A stretch of 64,000 nucleotides of DNA from Ferrovum sp. (GTDB lineage Bacteria > Pseudomonadota > Gammaproteobacteria > Burkholderiales > Ferrovaceae). The stretch spans positions 12 through 64,011 of the forward strand of contig JAAGNR010000062.1 of NCBI GenBank assembly GCA_010435995.1. The letters are read 5' to 3'. A program made the translations under genes and the position numbers. Below, piece after piece: positions 13,830-22,714 of the stretch. Each line of letters opens with the position of its first letter. The stretch's first letter is position 1. The notes below the pieces were generated by a model. That model saw only the letters and a program-made list of their open reading frames with translations. It was not told where the DNA came from and did no database searches.

Positions 13830-14471
13830 ATGTCTGACAAAATCAAAGTGCTGGTGGTTGATGATCACGCCATCATTCGCAAGGGAATAACCCAGCTATT
13901 GCGTGATACCGAAGACATGGAAGTTGCCGCAGAGGCTGAGAGCGGAGCGGAAGCCCTACGTTTGGTCAAAGACAATAACTACGATGTAGTATTGCTCGAC
14001 ATCAGCATGCCTGGCGAACATGGCATCGATGTATTGATAAAACTTAAGGAGTTGCGCCCGAATCTGTCTGTTCTGATCCTCAGTATGTATCCCGAAGACC
14101 AGTATGCCATTCGTTCACTCAAAGCCGGAGCTTCGGGCTACATCAACAAACAGGACGCATTGACCCAAATGGTCATTGCCATTCGACAGGTATCCTCAGG
14201 ACGGAAATACATCAGTAGTGAGCTGGCCCTTCAATTGGCCGAACACCTAACCCACCAAACTCAAGAGCTGCCACATCAGGGACTGTCTCACCGCGAATAT
14301 CAAACATTATGTCTGATTGCCTCGGGGAAGAAACTCAGCGAAATTGCCGATACGATGGTCCTGAGCGCCAAAACCGTCAGCGTCTATCGCGCCCGTCTTC
14401 TAGAAAAGATGAAAATGCGTACCAACGCAGAACTCATTCACTACGCCATCACCCATCATTTGGTGCCGTGA
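13830..14471 (+). CDS. NarL/UvrY-type response regulator (REC + LuxR HTH), no adjacent kinase
   Basis: VVDDH, LLDISMP, LSHREYQ..SAKTVSVYRARLLEK. Confidence 0.9.
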   Translation: MSDKIKVLVVDDHAIIRKGITQLLRDTEDMEVAAEAESGAEALRLVKDNNYDVVLLDISMPGEHGIDVLIKLKELRPNLSVLILSMYPEDQYAIRSLKAGASGYINKQDALTQMVIAIRQVSSGRKYISSELALQLAEHLTHQTQELPHQGLSHREYQTLCLIASGKKLSEIADTMVLSAKTVSVYRARLLEKMKMRTNAELIHYAITHHLVP

Positions 14472-14485
14472 ACGCATCCGGCCTC

Positions 14486-17400
14486 TCAATGGAGAATAAA
14501 ATCCACTCGCGCCTCAGGCGCTTGGCGATCGATGTTGCCATCTTCTGGCGCGTCGCGCACTTCATAGATTCGTGAAGCAGCAATCTGCCCCTGCTTGACC
14601 AACCAGGCCTGAACCACATCAGCCCGACGCTGAGCCAGTTCGTTTAACTGCCCTGTGGTCACAGGCGCATTGGCCAGCATGAGTTTTTCCATATCGGCCA
14701 CCGATAAAGATTTATCCATTCCAAAGAAATTTTTTGGTTTTGGAAAGGTTTCTGCCTGATAGGCTACCCGCAGCCAATGTTCGTATTCCTGAGGCGTCAG
14801 CTCTTGGCGTTGATCCACGACTTCCCCATGATCCACCTGCGCCTTGAGGCGTGCCGCCTGTACTTTTCTGAGCAAGACGAGCCGTTGCAAATTTGGGCCG
14901 TCATTGTGCAGACTGGCTTTCCCCTCCACATCCAACCTAAGGTCAGAATGGTCACGCAGGGTTTGGGCCATTTTCTGTAGAGTGACTTCCTGTTCTGCAC
15001 CAAGGGTATCCATTCCAGAGGGAAAAGGCATCCACGAGACCGTCCCTTGATGCTTAAATAATTTTCCCAGCAAGGCAAAAGGAGATTCCACGGCTTTTTC
15101 CAACAAATGAACCATCATTCGCGCCAACACATCGCCTACGGAAAACTGTGGATCATTAAATGACCCCTCGATGGGCAAGTTAACATTGATGGTGCCATGG
15201 GAATCTTCCAGTAGTGATACTGCCAATTCCACCGGCAAGTGGGTCGCCGACAAGCTGCTCACCGGTTTGCCAAAAGTCAATTCATTGAGCACCAGATGAT
15301 TGGTTGCATGAAGTACCTGATCCTGAACTTTGTAATGAACCTCAAATGACAATTTTCCGCGCTCGATGTTATACCCTACATATTTCCCCGAATATGGACT
15401 GAATTGGGCCAGATCCATTCCCTTTACACGCGCAGTCACATCCAGATAAAGGGAAGTCTGTAACGGATTGAGTTGCCCCTGAATCAGTACTGGGGCATCA
15501 TTTGCACGCCCACGCAATTCCAGACGCGCCTGAGAATTTTCGGCAGACGACAATCCCGCAATCTCACCACCCAGATGAGTCAAATCAGCCTCATAATGAG
15601 GTTGAATAAACTCATCCTTATAATGAATTTTTCCTCCCTGAAGAATGACTTTACGCACCATAACTGAGGCAGGGGAGTGACTCCGTGACTTGTTCCCAAC
15701 CCCGACTGCAGTGGCTGGGTTTACTGGGTTGTTACCTTGACCGCGGGCGGGACCAGGAAACTCGCCCTTCATGGAAGCCGTGGGTGAACGGGGAGATGGA
15801 GCGTCAATCAACAGAGTCTGCCAATTCAAAGTACCGGACGACAGAAGCGTGACGCGCCCATAAAAATCGCTGACTGCCACCTGGTCCACCACTAGGGAAA
15901 AGGGCTTCGATGAGGCATTAACCCCTCCGAAAAACAATGACTTGCTGCGAAACAAAGACTGCGCCCAGCGGTCGTCCAGCAAAACCACATCATCCACCTG
16001 AAGATTTCCTCGGTACTGGGTCTGTATCGGCTGAGTAGCGGACACTCCCAGCGTCACTAAGCCCTCTCCCGACAGCGTTCCCTGTGCCAACAACACATGG
16101 GAATATGGGCGAAGATAAGGTTGGAACGGGGACAATTCCAGATGCTTCATGGACAAACGCAGTTGGGCCTGTCCCAACCCTGGATTTACTGGCCCCTCAA
16201 GATGCAACGTACCCCGGTCCCCCACCTGCGTATCCAGCATCACTTGAGACAGGTTCGTGGTACTGGGTGTTAAGGGATAAACCACATCCGTCCCCTGCAC
16301 TCGGGTCTGAGACAATGCCAATTTCACAGGCAATCGCTGACATTTTTTAACCGGTGCGGTACAACCGAAATCCATTCTGCGCGCTTCAAAAGACACGCGC
16401 CCCACTTGAGCATGAAATTGCCCCCCTGATGTGGGCCATACGGCCGTGGATTGCTCCAGGGAAAATGTCGCTCCATCCAAAGCCAGATGCCAGAGTGAGG
16501 AAGCTTTACTGACAAGGTGTGACCCTGGGTGATTTCCCCTCTCGACAGAAGTTTCGCCTTGCACCGCGACACCCGTTGCACTTCCCTGCACTTGCCCTAG
16601 GGACCAAAGCCCTCCCTTTTCGGCAAAGTGCAACTGTGCCAACGAAAATTGGCCGTTGTCCAGCGCAAACCGGATCGATTGGGCAGGAATCTGTCCCTCG
16701 AGCCGAGGAAACTGTGCCTTGATACTCCGAATTTCACCCTGAAAATTCTTTCCTGGCATGCCCTGAATGGAAAAATCCCCTGCCAGCGATAGCGTGCCGG
16801 TATGTATCTGGACCCCATCCATAGTGGCCGCTAAGGAGCTCATCCGAGCCAGATCCACCTGGCTCAGTGAAAAACGCCCTTCCGCGCGAATCTGGGGCAT
16901 AAACGGCTGAATACGCCCTGACACTGAGACTGCTGAGCCATCCACACGCGCTTGCAAGGAGGGAGTAATCCAATGATTCTGATCAACCTCGCGGGTAGAA
17001 AACAGGGGCAAATCCATCTGCAGCCCTTGTATCCGGTGTTGTTCATGTGATGTTTGATCCACATAGTCAACGACACCATCCCGTATCTGAAAGTCCTTCA
17101 GAACAATGGCCAAAAGAGAACCAGAACTGCTCTGATGGTTAAGAAAAGGGGAGATATTCCATTGTCCTGAGGAATACCGCACCAAATGCAGTTGGGGATG
17201 ATGGAGCGTCAGCCGATCAATTCTAGGAAGTCCTGTAAGACTCCAAGATGCTTGTCCCGATAACTCATCCAGCGCCACTTCAGTCCCGCCCCCCTGCGCT
17301 TCATACAACCGGACATCGCGCACAGACCACTGCAGCGCAAGGGGGTGTATATCCACAGCCCCAATGGTTAAGCGTTGATGGTAGGTTTGTGCCACCCACA

Positions 17401-17515
17401 GCACTGCCTGTTGTTGAATCCATGAGGGCAGCCACATACCGCTTGTCAGCACAGCTGCCAACAGCAGGAAAAACATGCCACCGATTGCGCTCCCGACAAA
17501 CCGTGTCACAGACAT
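14486..17515 (-). CDS. DUF748/AsmA-like large envelope protein with C-terminal OmpA-like domain
   Basis: N-terminal TM, repeated beta-rich segments (LSPFQPY, FSPYSGKYVGY..GKL, LPVELAVSLL), C-terminal LAQRRA..V..RVDF. Confidence 0.75.
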   Translation of the reverse strand: MSVTRFVGSAIGGMFFLLLAAVLTSGMWLPSWIQQQAVLWVAQTYHQRLTIGAVDIHPLALQWSVRDVRLYEAQGGGTEVALDELSGQASWSLTGLPRIDRLTLHHPQLHLVRYSSGQWNISPFLNHQSSSGSLLAIVLKDFQIRDGVVDYVDQTSHEQHRIQGLQMDLPLFSTREVDQNHWITPSLQARVDGSAVSVSGRIQPFMPQIRAEGRFSLSQVDLARMSSLAATMDGVQIHTGTLSLAGDFSIQGMPGKNFQGEIRSIKAQFPRLEGQIPAQSIRFALDNGQFSLAQLHFAEKGGLWSLGQVQGSATGVAVQGETSVERGNHPGSHLVSKASSLWHLALDGATFSLEQSTAVWPTSGGQFHAQVGRVSFEARRMDFGCTAPVKKCQRLPVKLALSQTRVQGTDVVYPLTPSTTNLSQVMLDTQVGDRGTLHLEGPVNPGLGQAQLRLSMKHLELSPFQPYLRPYSHVLLAQGTLSGEGLVTLGVSATQPIQTQYRGNLQVDDVVLLDDRWAQSLFRSKSLFFGGVNASSKPFSLVVDQVAVSDFYGRVTLLSSGTLNWQTLLIDAPSPRSPTASMKGEFPGPARGQGNNPVNPATAVGVGNKSRSHSPASVMVRKVILQGGKIHYKDEFIQPHYEADLTHLGGEIAGLSSAENSQARLELRGRANDAPVLIQGQLNPLQTSLYLDVTARVKGMDLAQFSPYSGKYVGYNIERGKLSFEVHYKVQDQVLHATNHLVLNELTFGKPVSSLSATHLPVELAVSLLEDSHGTINVNLPIEGSFNDPQFSVGDVLARMMVHLLEKAVESPFALLGKLFKHQGTVSWMPFPSGMDTLGAEQEVTLQKMAQTLRDHSDLRLDVEGKASLHNDGPNLQRLVLLRKVQAARLKAQVDHGEVVDQRQELTPQEYEHWLRVAYQAETFPKPKNFFGMDKSLSVADMEKLMLANAPVTTGQLNELAQRRADVVQAWLVKQGQIAASRIYEVRDAPEDGNIDRQAPEARVDFILH

Positions 17516-17985
17516 TACCGAGACGGGGCCTTAACAACCTGACCCAGGGAATCGACGACAGTAACCTGCAACGGAATGCCCTGCGCCACACTCCGGCCAA
17601 CGGTGCAAAACTCCTCAAACTGAGCGAGTATTCGGTCGAGATGAAGATGGCTATTCGCCGACTGGGAAAGATGAAGAACTACGCGCAACTCCAGAACTCT
17701 CATACGTCCCGCATCATTTCGGCCAATTTCGGCCCACCCCTGTGCCGATAATTGCCCACTTAATCCGAGATTAAATTTTCGTACGGCAAAGTACAGCGCA
17801 TCCACCATACAATTGGACACGGCTGCTACCAATAATTGCGCGGGAGAAGGCCCCCTCCCGCCGCCCAGAGGAGGTCGTTCATCCCCAATCCAAGTGGGTA
17901 TCCCGCCGCCAAAATCAATGTCAAAACAAAAATCCTGTGTTTGCTTCAGGGTCACCCAAGGGTCAGACACCTCCACCATACTCAC
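17515..17985 (-). CDS. OsmC/Ohr-family protein
   Basis: DERPPLGGGRGPSPAQLL..AVSNC and FEEFCTV (two conserved Cys). Confidence 0.85.
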   Translation of the reverse strand: MSMVEVSDPWVTLKQTQDFCFDIDFGGGIPTWIGDERPPLGGGRGPSPAQLLVAAVSNCMVDALYFAVRKFNLGLSGQLSAQGWAEIGRNDAGRMRVLELRVVLHLSQSANSHLHLDRILAQFEEFCTVGRSVAQGIPLQVTVVDSLGQVVKAPSR

Positions 17986-18431
17986 TGGGGCTTTCCACCC
18001 ATATCTATGGATTTTCCCTGGGCCAGGCTGGTCACATAGACCGTTAACGCCGTCAGTTCATCACTGCCATAAGCCGGGGGTTTTCCCTGCAAGGCCATTC
18101 CTACACAGCCACGGATCTGATCCTGAAGCGTAAAAACCTGACCTGCATTGGCCTTGTAACGAGGAAATACTGCGGCGGCATTGCTTAAACTCGGAATGGA
18201 CTTACCGTCCGGACGCTGACCTGGCCCCACACCCCCGTGTAAATGACAGGATTCACATACCTGCCCATTGCCGGAAAAGTTGGCATGGGTAAACAGATCC
18301 TTGCCTTGATCGGCCACTTTCTGTAACTCAGGATCCAGCGCAGCTCCGTGAGCCAGAGTGACCATTGCACTCAGTAAACTCCCCGCCAACCATGATCTCA
18401 CCACTCGATTTTTCATCGCAGCACGCATCAT
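17982..18431 (-). CDS. Periplasmic monoheme c-type cytochrome, SoxA/TsdA heme-1-like domain
   Basis: Signal peptide, single CESCH, FPRY...TLQDQIRGC...G.P...S.E..AL pattern; AGGAG RBS. Confidence 0.75.
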   Translation of the reverse strand: MMRAAMKNRVVRSWLAGSLLSAMVTLAHGAALDPELQKVADQGKDLFTHANFSGNGQVCESCHLHGGVGPGQRPDGKSIPSLSNAAAVFPRYKANAGQVFTLQDQIRGCVGMALQGKPPAYGSDELTALTVYVTSLAQGKSIDMGGKPQ

Positions 18432-18599
18432 TCTTCTCCTGTTCAAGACTCAACAAGCTGCCTTCGCAACTCTACCCCCATCAATATGGTGCAGAATCAC
18501 ACAGGCACTTGTCAATCACTTATGTAACAGTCAAAAAAGATGCCCCTGAATTGGAGACGGCCTCCTCACCAGAGGTCCGTCAGTAGAACCTCCAGATGG

Positions 18600-18812
18600 C
18601 TATTGATCCTGCGCGACTTTCTCGTCACCCTCGACATCATCGCCCACAGTATCCAGCATCTGGATCTTCAAAGCTTCCAAAGTGGAAGCGACTTCTGCAC
18701 GTTTTTGTTCGTTAGTGTCATGGCGATACTGAATAACCGTTGCCGTACTCCCCAAACTGATGGCGAAGATCAAAAAATAGCGAATCAAGGCGATTTTTTC
18801 CGGTTTCATCAT
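18600..18812 (-). CDS. Small hypothetical protein with N-terminal hydrophobic segment (70 aa)
   Basis: GGAG RBS, hydrophobic LIRYFLIFAISLG, acidic tail, hairpin downstream. Confidence 0.55.
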   Translation of the reverse strand: MMKPEKIALIRYFLIFAISLGSTATVIQYRHDTNEQKRAEVASTLEALKIQMLDTVGDDVEGDEKVAQDQ

Positions 18813-19128
18813 GGTTCTCCCGAAGAGTCAAGTTTGCATGCTTTAAGCAAAGCAAATATCGGGCCAAATGTAGCGGTCTCCAATAACCAATATATGTTAC
18901 TGATTTTAAGAACCAATAATTCAGTATGGGATTTCGTTTAATAAAACGGAATCGGCAGGAGCACCGCCTTGGACATCAATAGCCAAAGATAGCCCCTTAT
19001 GGGTGCGTTCTGAATGGGTTTTTTGTTTGTAACAGGAAGGGAAGCAGGGGGAACTGAGAGGACATACGGGTATGACGAGCGGAGCAACAACTACGGGGGG
19101 TTGTGTTGCCACCCCGCCCGTCATGGAA

Positions 19129-19224
19129 TTACTTTTTGCGCTGCCAATTTGCGTTATCAGCGAGGAAACAAAACAGTGCCGTACCCACGATGGCGATGAT
19201 TTCATACATCACGATGTTACTCAT
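19129..19224 (-). CDS. Unannotated 31-aa single-TM peptide MSNIVMYEIIAIVGTALFCFLADNANWQRKK
   Basis: Manual translation; CAGGAGG RBS 7 nt before ATG; hydrophobic core, basic C-terminus. Confidence 0.6.
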   Translation of the reverse strand: MSNIVMYEIIAIVGTALFCFLADNANWQRKK

Positions 19225-19315
19225 TGCGCAGCCTCCTGAAATGATTATTTGTCTGGATCAACCGTAATCTGAAATCCTCTTATTTGCAGAGGACAGACAA
19301 TTATAATCACAAAAT

Positions 19316-19329
19316 TTGATATAGATCAA
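19316..19329. promoter_or_regulatory. FNR/Anr-type binding site
   Basis: Perfect TTGAT-ATAG-ATCAA inside the palindrome AAAATTTGAT-N4-ATCAAATTTT; TATAAT (minus strand) at 19305-19300. Confidence 0.75.
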
Positions 19330-19389
19330 ATTTTATTTTCTGGATTCATGAGTCAAAATATCGCGCTTCTCTCAACCCAGGTTTACCCA

Positions 19390-20601
19390 CTAAATTTCGA
19401 CAGTCTGAAGCCCCAGAAGTCTTTCCAACAGCGCGCGGACGCTGGCGATTTCCCGCCCAAAAGGCAACCCACCCACTCCGCTAAAAAACAATCCTTTTTT
19501 GATATCCCCGCGCAACGCTGCCGAAAGTTGAGTATCGATACAGAACTGCCCCCACCCCGCTTTACCATCGCGCAAACCACATTGGGCCAGACAATCAAAC
19601 TTCAATGTGCATCGGGGTTTCTTCCGCGCCAGGGATTTGAGCTTGTCTTCAAACTTCAAGTAGGTCTTCAGCCATGGCGTCAAAACAGCCCGGGCGGGAA
19701 GACCTGCCACACTGAGGAAGGTCACCCTTTCCCCTTCGGCGGCTCCGGCCAGAACTTTTTTAAAATCAGGATGGGCGTCGCATTCTTCCGTTACCGCAAA
19801 AGGCGTCCCCAATTGCACTCCAGCCGCGCCCAAAGCTTGCAAGCGCTGTATATCGGCAAAGGTGCGTACCCCCCCGGCGGCAATCAGAGGGATTTCCCCC
19901 TCTATCCCCATAACCCGAAAAAATTCCAGCGCCTCTGGAACCACGCGCTCAAAATCAAACCGTCCATCCCCCACTTCATCGATTCGACTTGCCCCCAAAT
20001 GCCCCCCCGCATAACCTGGATGTTCGATGACAATGGCATCTGGCAAACGTCCTTTACGCTCCCACTTCTTGACCACCAACTGAATTCCGCGAACATCGGA
20101 TAAAACCGGAATCAACGCCACTTCAGGGTAATTGGCCGCCAACTCTGGCAAATCAAGGGGCAATCCCGCGCCAACCACCAAGGCATCGACCCCAGAACGC
20201 AAGGATTGCTCTACATAAGAAGGATAGGCGCTGACAGCGCGCATAATATTCACCGCTATCATTCCCTGCCCTTGGGAAAGAACCCTTGCGGCAATGATTT
20301 CCCTGTCCAGCGCCTCCATATTGGCTGCATTCACCTCATCCCGCACGGATTCTCCATGACCTTGACCACGAGCCAGCAAATCCTGATGATGGTGGCGCAG
20401 ATCAATGGACGCGATGGTCCCCATACCCCCCATAGCCGCGACAGTACCGGCTAATCGGTGGGCTGAGATACCCACGCCCATCCCCCCCTGAACCACCGGA
20501 AGCAATTTCTTCCCGCGAATCATCAATGGTTTCAGTTGAGGAGAGTTCAGGAAGCGTGGCAACAAAGAACGAGACGGCTTTTCAATGTCCTCTGGATTCA
20601 T
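19390..20601 (-). CDS. Nitronate monooxygenase / 2-nitropropane dioxygenase-family flavoprotein
   Basis: VQGGMGVG, GAGLP, AGGHLG, AAGG, QLGT, C-terminal C..CL..C..FCI cluster; start 20601 or 20655. Confidence 0.85.
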   Translation of the reverse strand: MNPEDIEKPSRSLLPRFLNSPQLKPLMIRGKKLLPVVQGGMGVGISAHRLAGTVAAMGGMGTIASIDLRHHHQDLLARGQGHGESVRDEVNAANMEALDREIIAARVLSQGQGMIAVNIMRAVSAYPSYVEQSLRSGVDALVVGAGLPLDLPELAANYPEVALIPVLSDVRGIQLVVKKWERKGRLPDAIVIEHPGYAGGHLGASRIDEVGDGRFDFERVVPEALEFFRVMGIEGEIPLIAAGGVRTFADIQRLQALGAAGVQLGTPFAVTEECDAHPDFKKVLAGAAEGERVTFLSVAGLPARAVLTPWLKTYLKFEDKLKSLARKKPRCTLKFDCLAQCGLRDGKAGWGQFCIDTQLSAALRGDIKKGLFFSGVGGLPFGREIASVRALLERLLGLQTVEI

Positions 20602-20784
20602 GAGAGTCACTCCGTTGAAATTGTTCAGAATGCGCTTTGCCACAGACTCATTCATTGATTAAAATCAACGAAATTACTTAAATATTCGAAAATATTGAAA
20701 AAATATCGTAGCCAGTCTCACCAGCACCGCGGAATATGCGCCCGAAAAGGGAAAAACCAAAATGAGAAACCGTCCCAGAGTTTC

Positions 20785-20793
20785 TGGTATAAT
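20785..20793 (+). promoter_or_regulatory. Extended -10 promoter for tRNA-Lys
   Basis: TGGTATAAT (TGn-TATAAT) 20 nt upstream of the tRNA. Confidence 0.55.
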
Positions 20794-20813
20794 GCTTCCT
20801 GCTTAATTTTATC

Positions 20814-20889
20814 GGGTCGTTAGCTCAGCTGGTAGAGCAGCGGACTCTTAATCCGTTGGTCGAAGGTTCGAATCCTTCACGGCCCACCA
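20814..20889 (+). tRNA. tRNA-Lys(CTT)
   Basis: 76-nt cloverleaf GGGTCGT...ACGGCCC-ACCA, anticodon loop CT-CTT-AA, GGTTCGAATCC T-arm. Confidence 0.97.
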
Positions 20890-20957
20890 ATAAATCAATA
20901 TGTTAAGAAATTTATTGGTTCATATAAAAACCCCCTTGGGGGAATTTTTTGACCATA

Positions 20958-21185
20958 TCACGCCACCTTCTTCCCGATCTTGAATACAGCTTCCGCAAGC
21001 CTTTCTGTTGCCAGATGGCTACCGCTCTTGCTACTGGTCGTGGATCTATGCCCTAGTACTGCCCCCACAGTGGGCAGACCCACTCCATGATTTATCATGG
21101 CACTGACCGCCGAAAGCATCAAGTCATGAAAGCTCAACCATTCCGTTCCCGCCAATTTTCTCGCTTCTCTAAAATTCTTTTCGTT
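20958..21185 (-). pseudogene. Tyrosine recombinase/integrase C-terminal remnant
   Basis: FHDL(M-L)S instead of HDLRH, VGAVLGH, catalytic Tyr region degenerate; N-terminal domains missing. Confidence 0.75.
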
Positions 21186-21189
21186 CCTG

Positions 21190-21334
21190 CCACATGTTGC
21201 GTGGCATCCCAAGCTCCTGAGACTCCCATGGCTTATTCTAGGGGATTTCGCCTTTGTCCAAAGGCTTCAACCATTTTATCGGTGACTCCCTGACGGAGAT
21301 CTCGGGGGTTTTTGACTTCTTTCTCATCAGTCAT
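21190..21334 (-). pseudogene. ardC: ArdC-like (DUF1738) antirestriction/ssDNA-binding protein 5' remnant
   Basis: MTDEKEVKNPRDLRQGVTDKMVEA-(frameshift)-LDKGEIP*NKPW...GMPRN matches the ArdC N-terminus, with W mutated to TAG. Confidence 0.65.
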
Positions 21335-21336
21335 GA

Positions 21337-21471
21337 TCAGACCCCCATCAGAGCGGATTCGCCATCTTCTGGCGAGAGACCATAGTCACTCACGGGATCT
21401 TTGCCCTGCGGAATCTCCCAAGTCATGAATTCATCGGTAGCCTCAGCTGCCAAAAAGTACGGCATCTTCAT
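21337..21471 (-). CDS. 44-aa acidic hypothetical peptide upstream of the ardC remnant
   Basis: AAGGAGGAG RBS; MKMPYFLAAEATDEFMTWEIPQGKDPVSDYGLSPEDGESALMGV; stop 2 nt before the ardC ATG. Confidence 0.45.
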   Translation of the reverse strand: MKMPYFLAAEATDEFMTWEIPQGKDPVSDYGLSPEDGESALMGV

Positions 21472-21587
21472 ACAGTCTCCTCCTTGAAGTTGACCTTGGG
21501 ACGGGACCATATCAAGACTCTGCAGGGAGAGAACTGACTGTGATAAAACAGCACGTTGGAATATAAATAAATGAAGGAACGCTCACC

Positions 21588-22310
21588 GTGTATCAACTAA
21601 ATTCTGAACTACCAAATCTAACGAACGAACTATTCGATATCCCGACGCTAGAGAAGGTCACTGAAGGTGACGCAATTGACCATTCCCCACGCTTTCTTCT
21701 CCTGTATGGTTCCTTGCGTGCTCGTTCTTACAGCAAGCTGTTAACCTATGAAGCTGGCCGTCTGTTGGAAGCGATGGGCGGAGATGTGCGTATTTTTGAT
21801 CCGCATGGATTGCCTTTGCCCGACGACGCTCCGGAAACGCATACGAAAGTTCTGGAGTTACGCGAATTAACCCAATGGGCCGATGGTATGGTCTGGTGTT
21901 CACCGGAACGACACGGCGCGATGACAGGAATTATGAAGGCGCAGATTGACTGGATTCCATTGTCGATTGGCGCGGTTCGCCCAACGCAGGGCAAGACTCT
22001 GGCGGTAATGCAGGTATCCGGGGGCTCACAATCTTTCAATGCTGTAAATCAGTTACGCGTATTGGGTCGGTGGATGCGGATGATTACCATACCAAATCAA
22101 TCCTCGGTGGCCAAAGCATTTCTGGAATTTAATGAATCCGGTCGAATGAAGCCATCGGCGTATTACGACCGGGTTGTCGATGTCATGGAAGAACTGATGA
22201 AGTTTACTTTGTTGACCCGGCAGGTTGCTCCTTATCTTGTTGATCGCTATAGTGAACGCAAGGAAAGTGCTGATGAACTATCCAAACGGGTCAATCAGAA
22301 ATCGATTTAA
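21588..22310 (+). CDS. arsH: Arsenical resistance flavoprotein ArsH
   Basis: [37 protein letters not shown]. Confidence 0.95.
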   Translation: MYQLNSELPNLTNELFDIPTLEKVTEGDAIDHSPRFLLLYGSLRARSYSKLLTYEAGRLLEAMGGDVRIFDPHGLPLPDDAPETHTKVLELRELTQWADGMVWCSPERHGAMTGIMKAQIDWIPLSIGAVRPTQGKTLAVMQVSGGSQSFNAVNQLRVLGRWMRMITIPNQSSVAKAFLEFNESGRMKPSAYYDRVVDVMEELMKFTLLTRQVAPYLVDRYSERKESADELSKRVNQKSI

Positions 22311-22370
22311 ACCATGAATTGGTAGTAAGCTAGTGAATCCAGACGGTCATCTCGAGTGATGAAGTGATAC

Positions 22371-22402
22371 TTTTTATTATGCAAAGCTTTGCATAATAAA
22401 AA
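22371..22402. repeat. 32-bp perfect palindrome
   Basis: TTTTTATTATGCAAAG|CTTTGCATAATAAAAA, no spacer. Confidence 0.9.
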
Positions 22403-22589
22403 AATTGGTTATTTGTAGGATCGGCTCTGGCTGGGGTTCGCACAGCGTCCATTCAGACCTTACTGGGAACTGCACGGATGATTGAACGAACTGCTCCCTC
22501 TGGTCATGTCGGAAAAAGTAACCAGCACACAGCCGCAAGCGGGGCCTATCTCACCCTGAGCAAGGCAAAAGGGTTTGTCTCTCACCGGA

Positions 22590-22714
22590 CGCTTACCCGA
22601 ATACTGCGCGGCCGTCAGTCCCGAATTAACGCGGAACTGGTCAACCGCATTCCACAGTCGTTTTTCAAGGACATCATTGGCAAGGTCTTTTTCAAACTGG
22701 GCGATCCCAAGCAT
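22590..22714 (-). pseudogene. hsdM: Type I restriction-modification M subunit N-terminal remnant
   Basis: EKD..N..LEKRLW.A.DQFR.NSGL.A.QYS resembles the HsdM N-terminus, then similarity is lost. Confidence 0.65.

Noticed and set aside
18878-18902. dif-like sequence CCAATAA...TATGTTA, similar to 20887-20907
   Set aside because: Poor fit to XerC/XerD arm and spacer geometry; probably chance in AT-rich DNA
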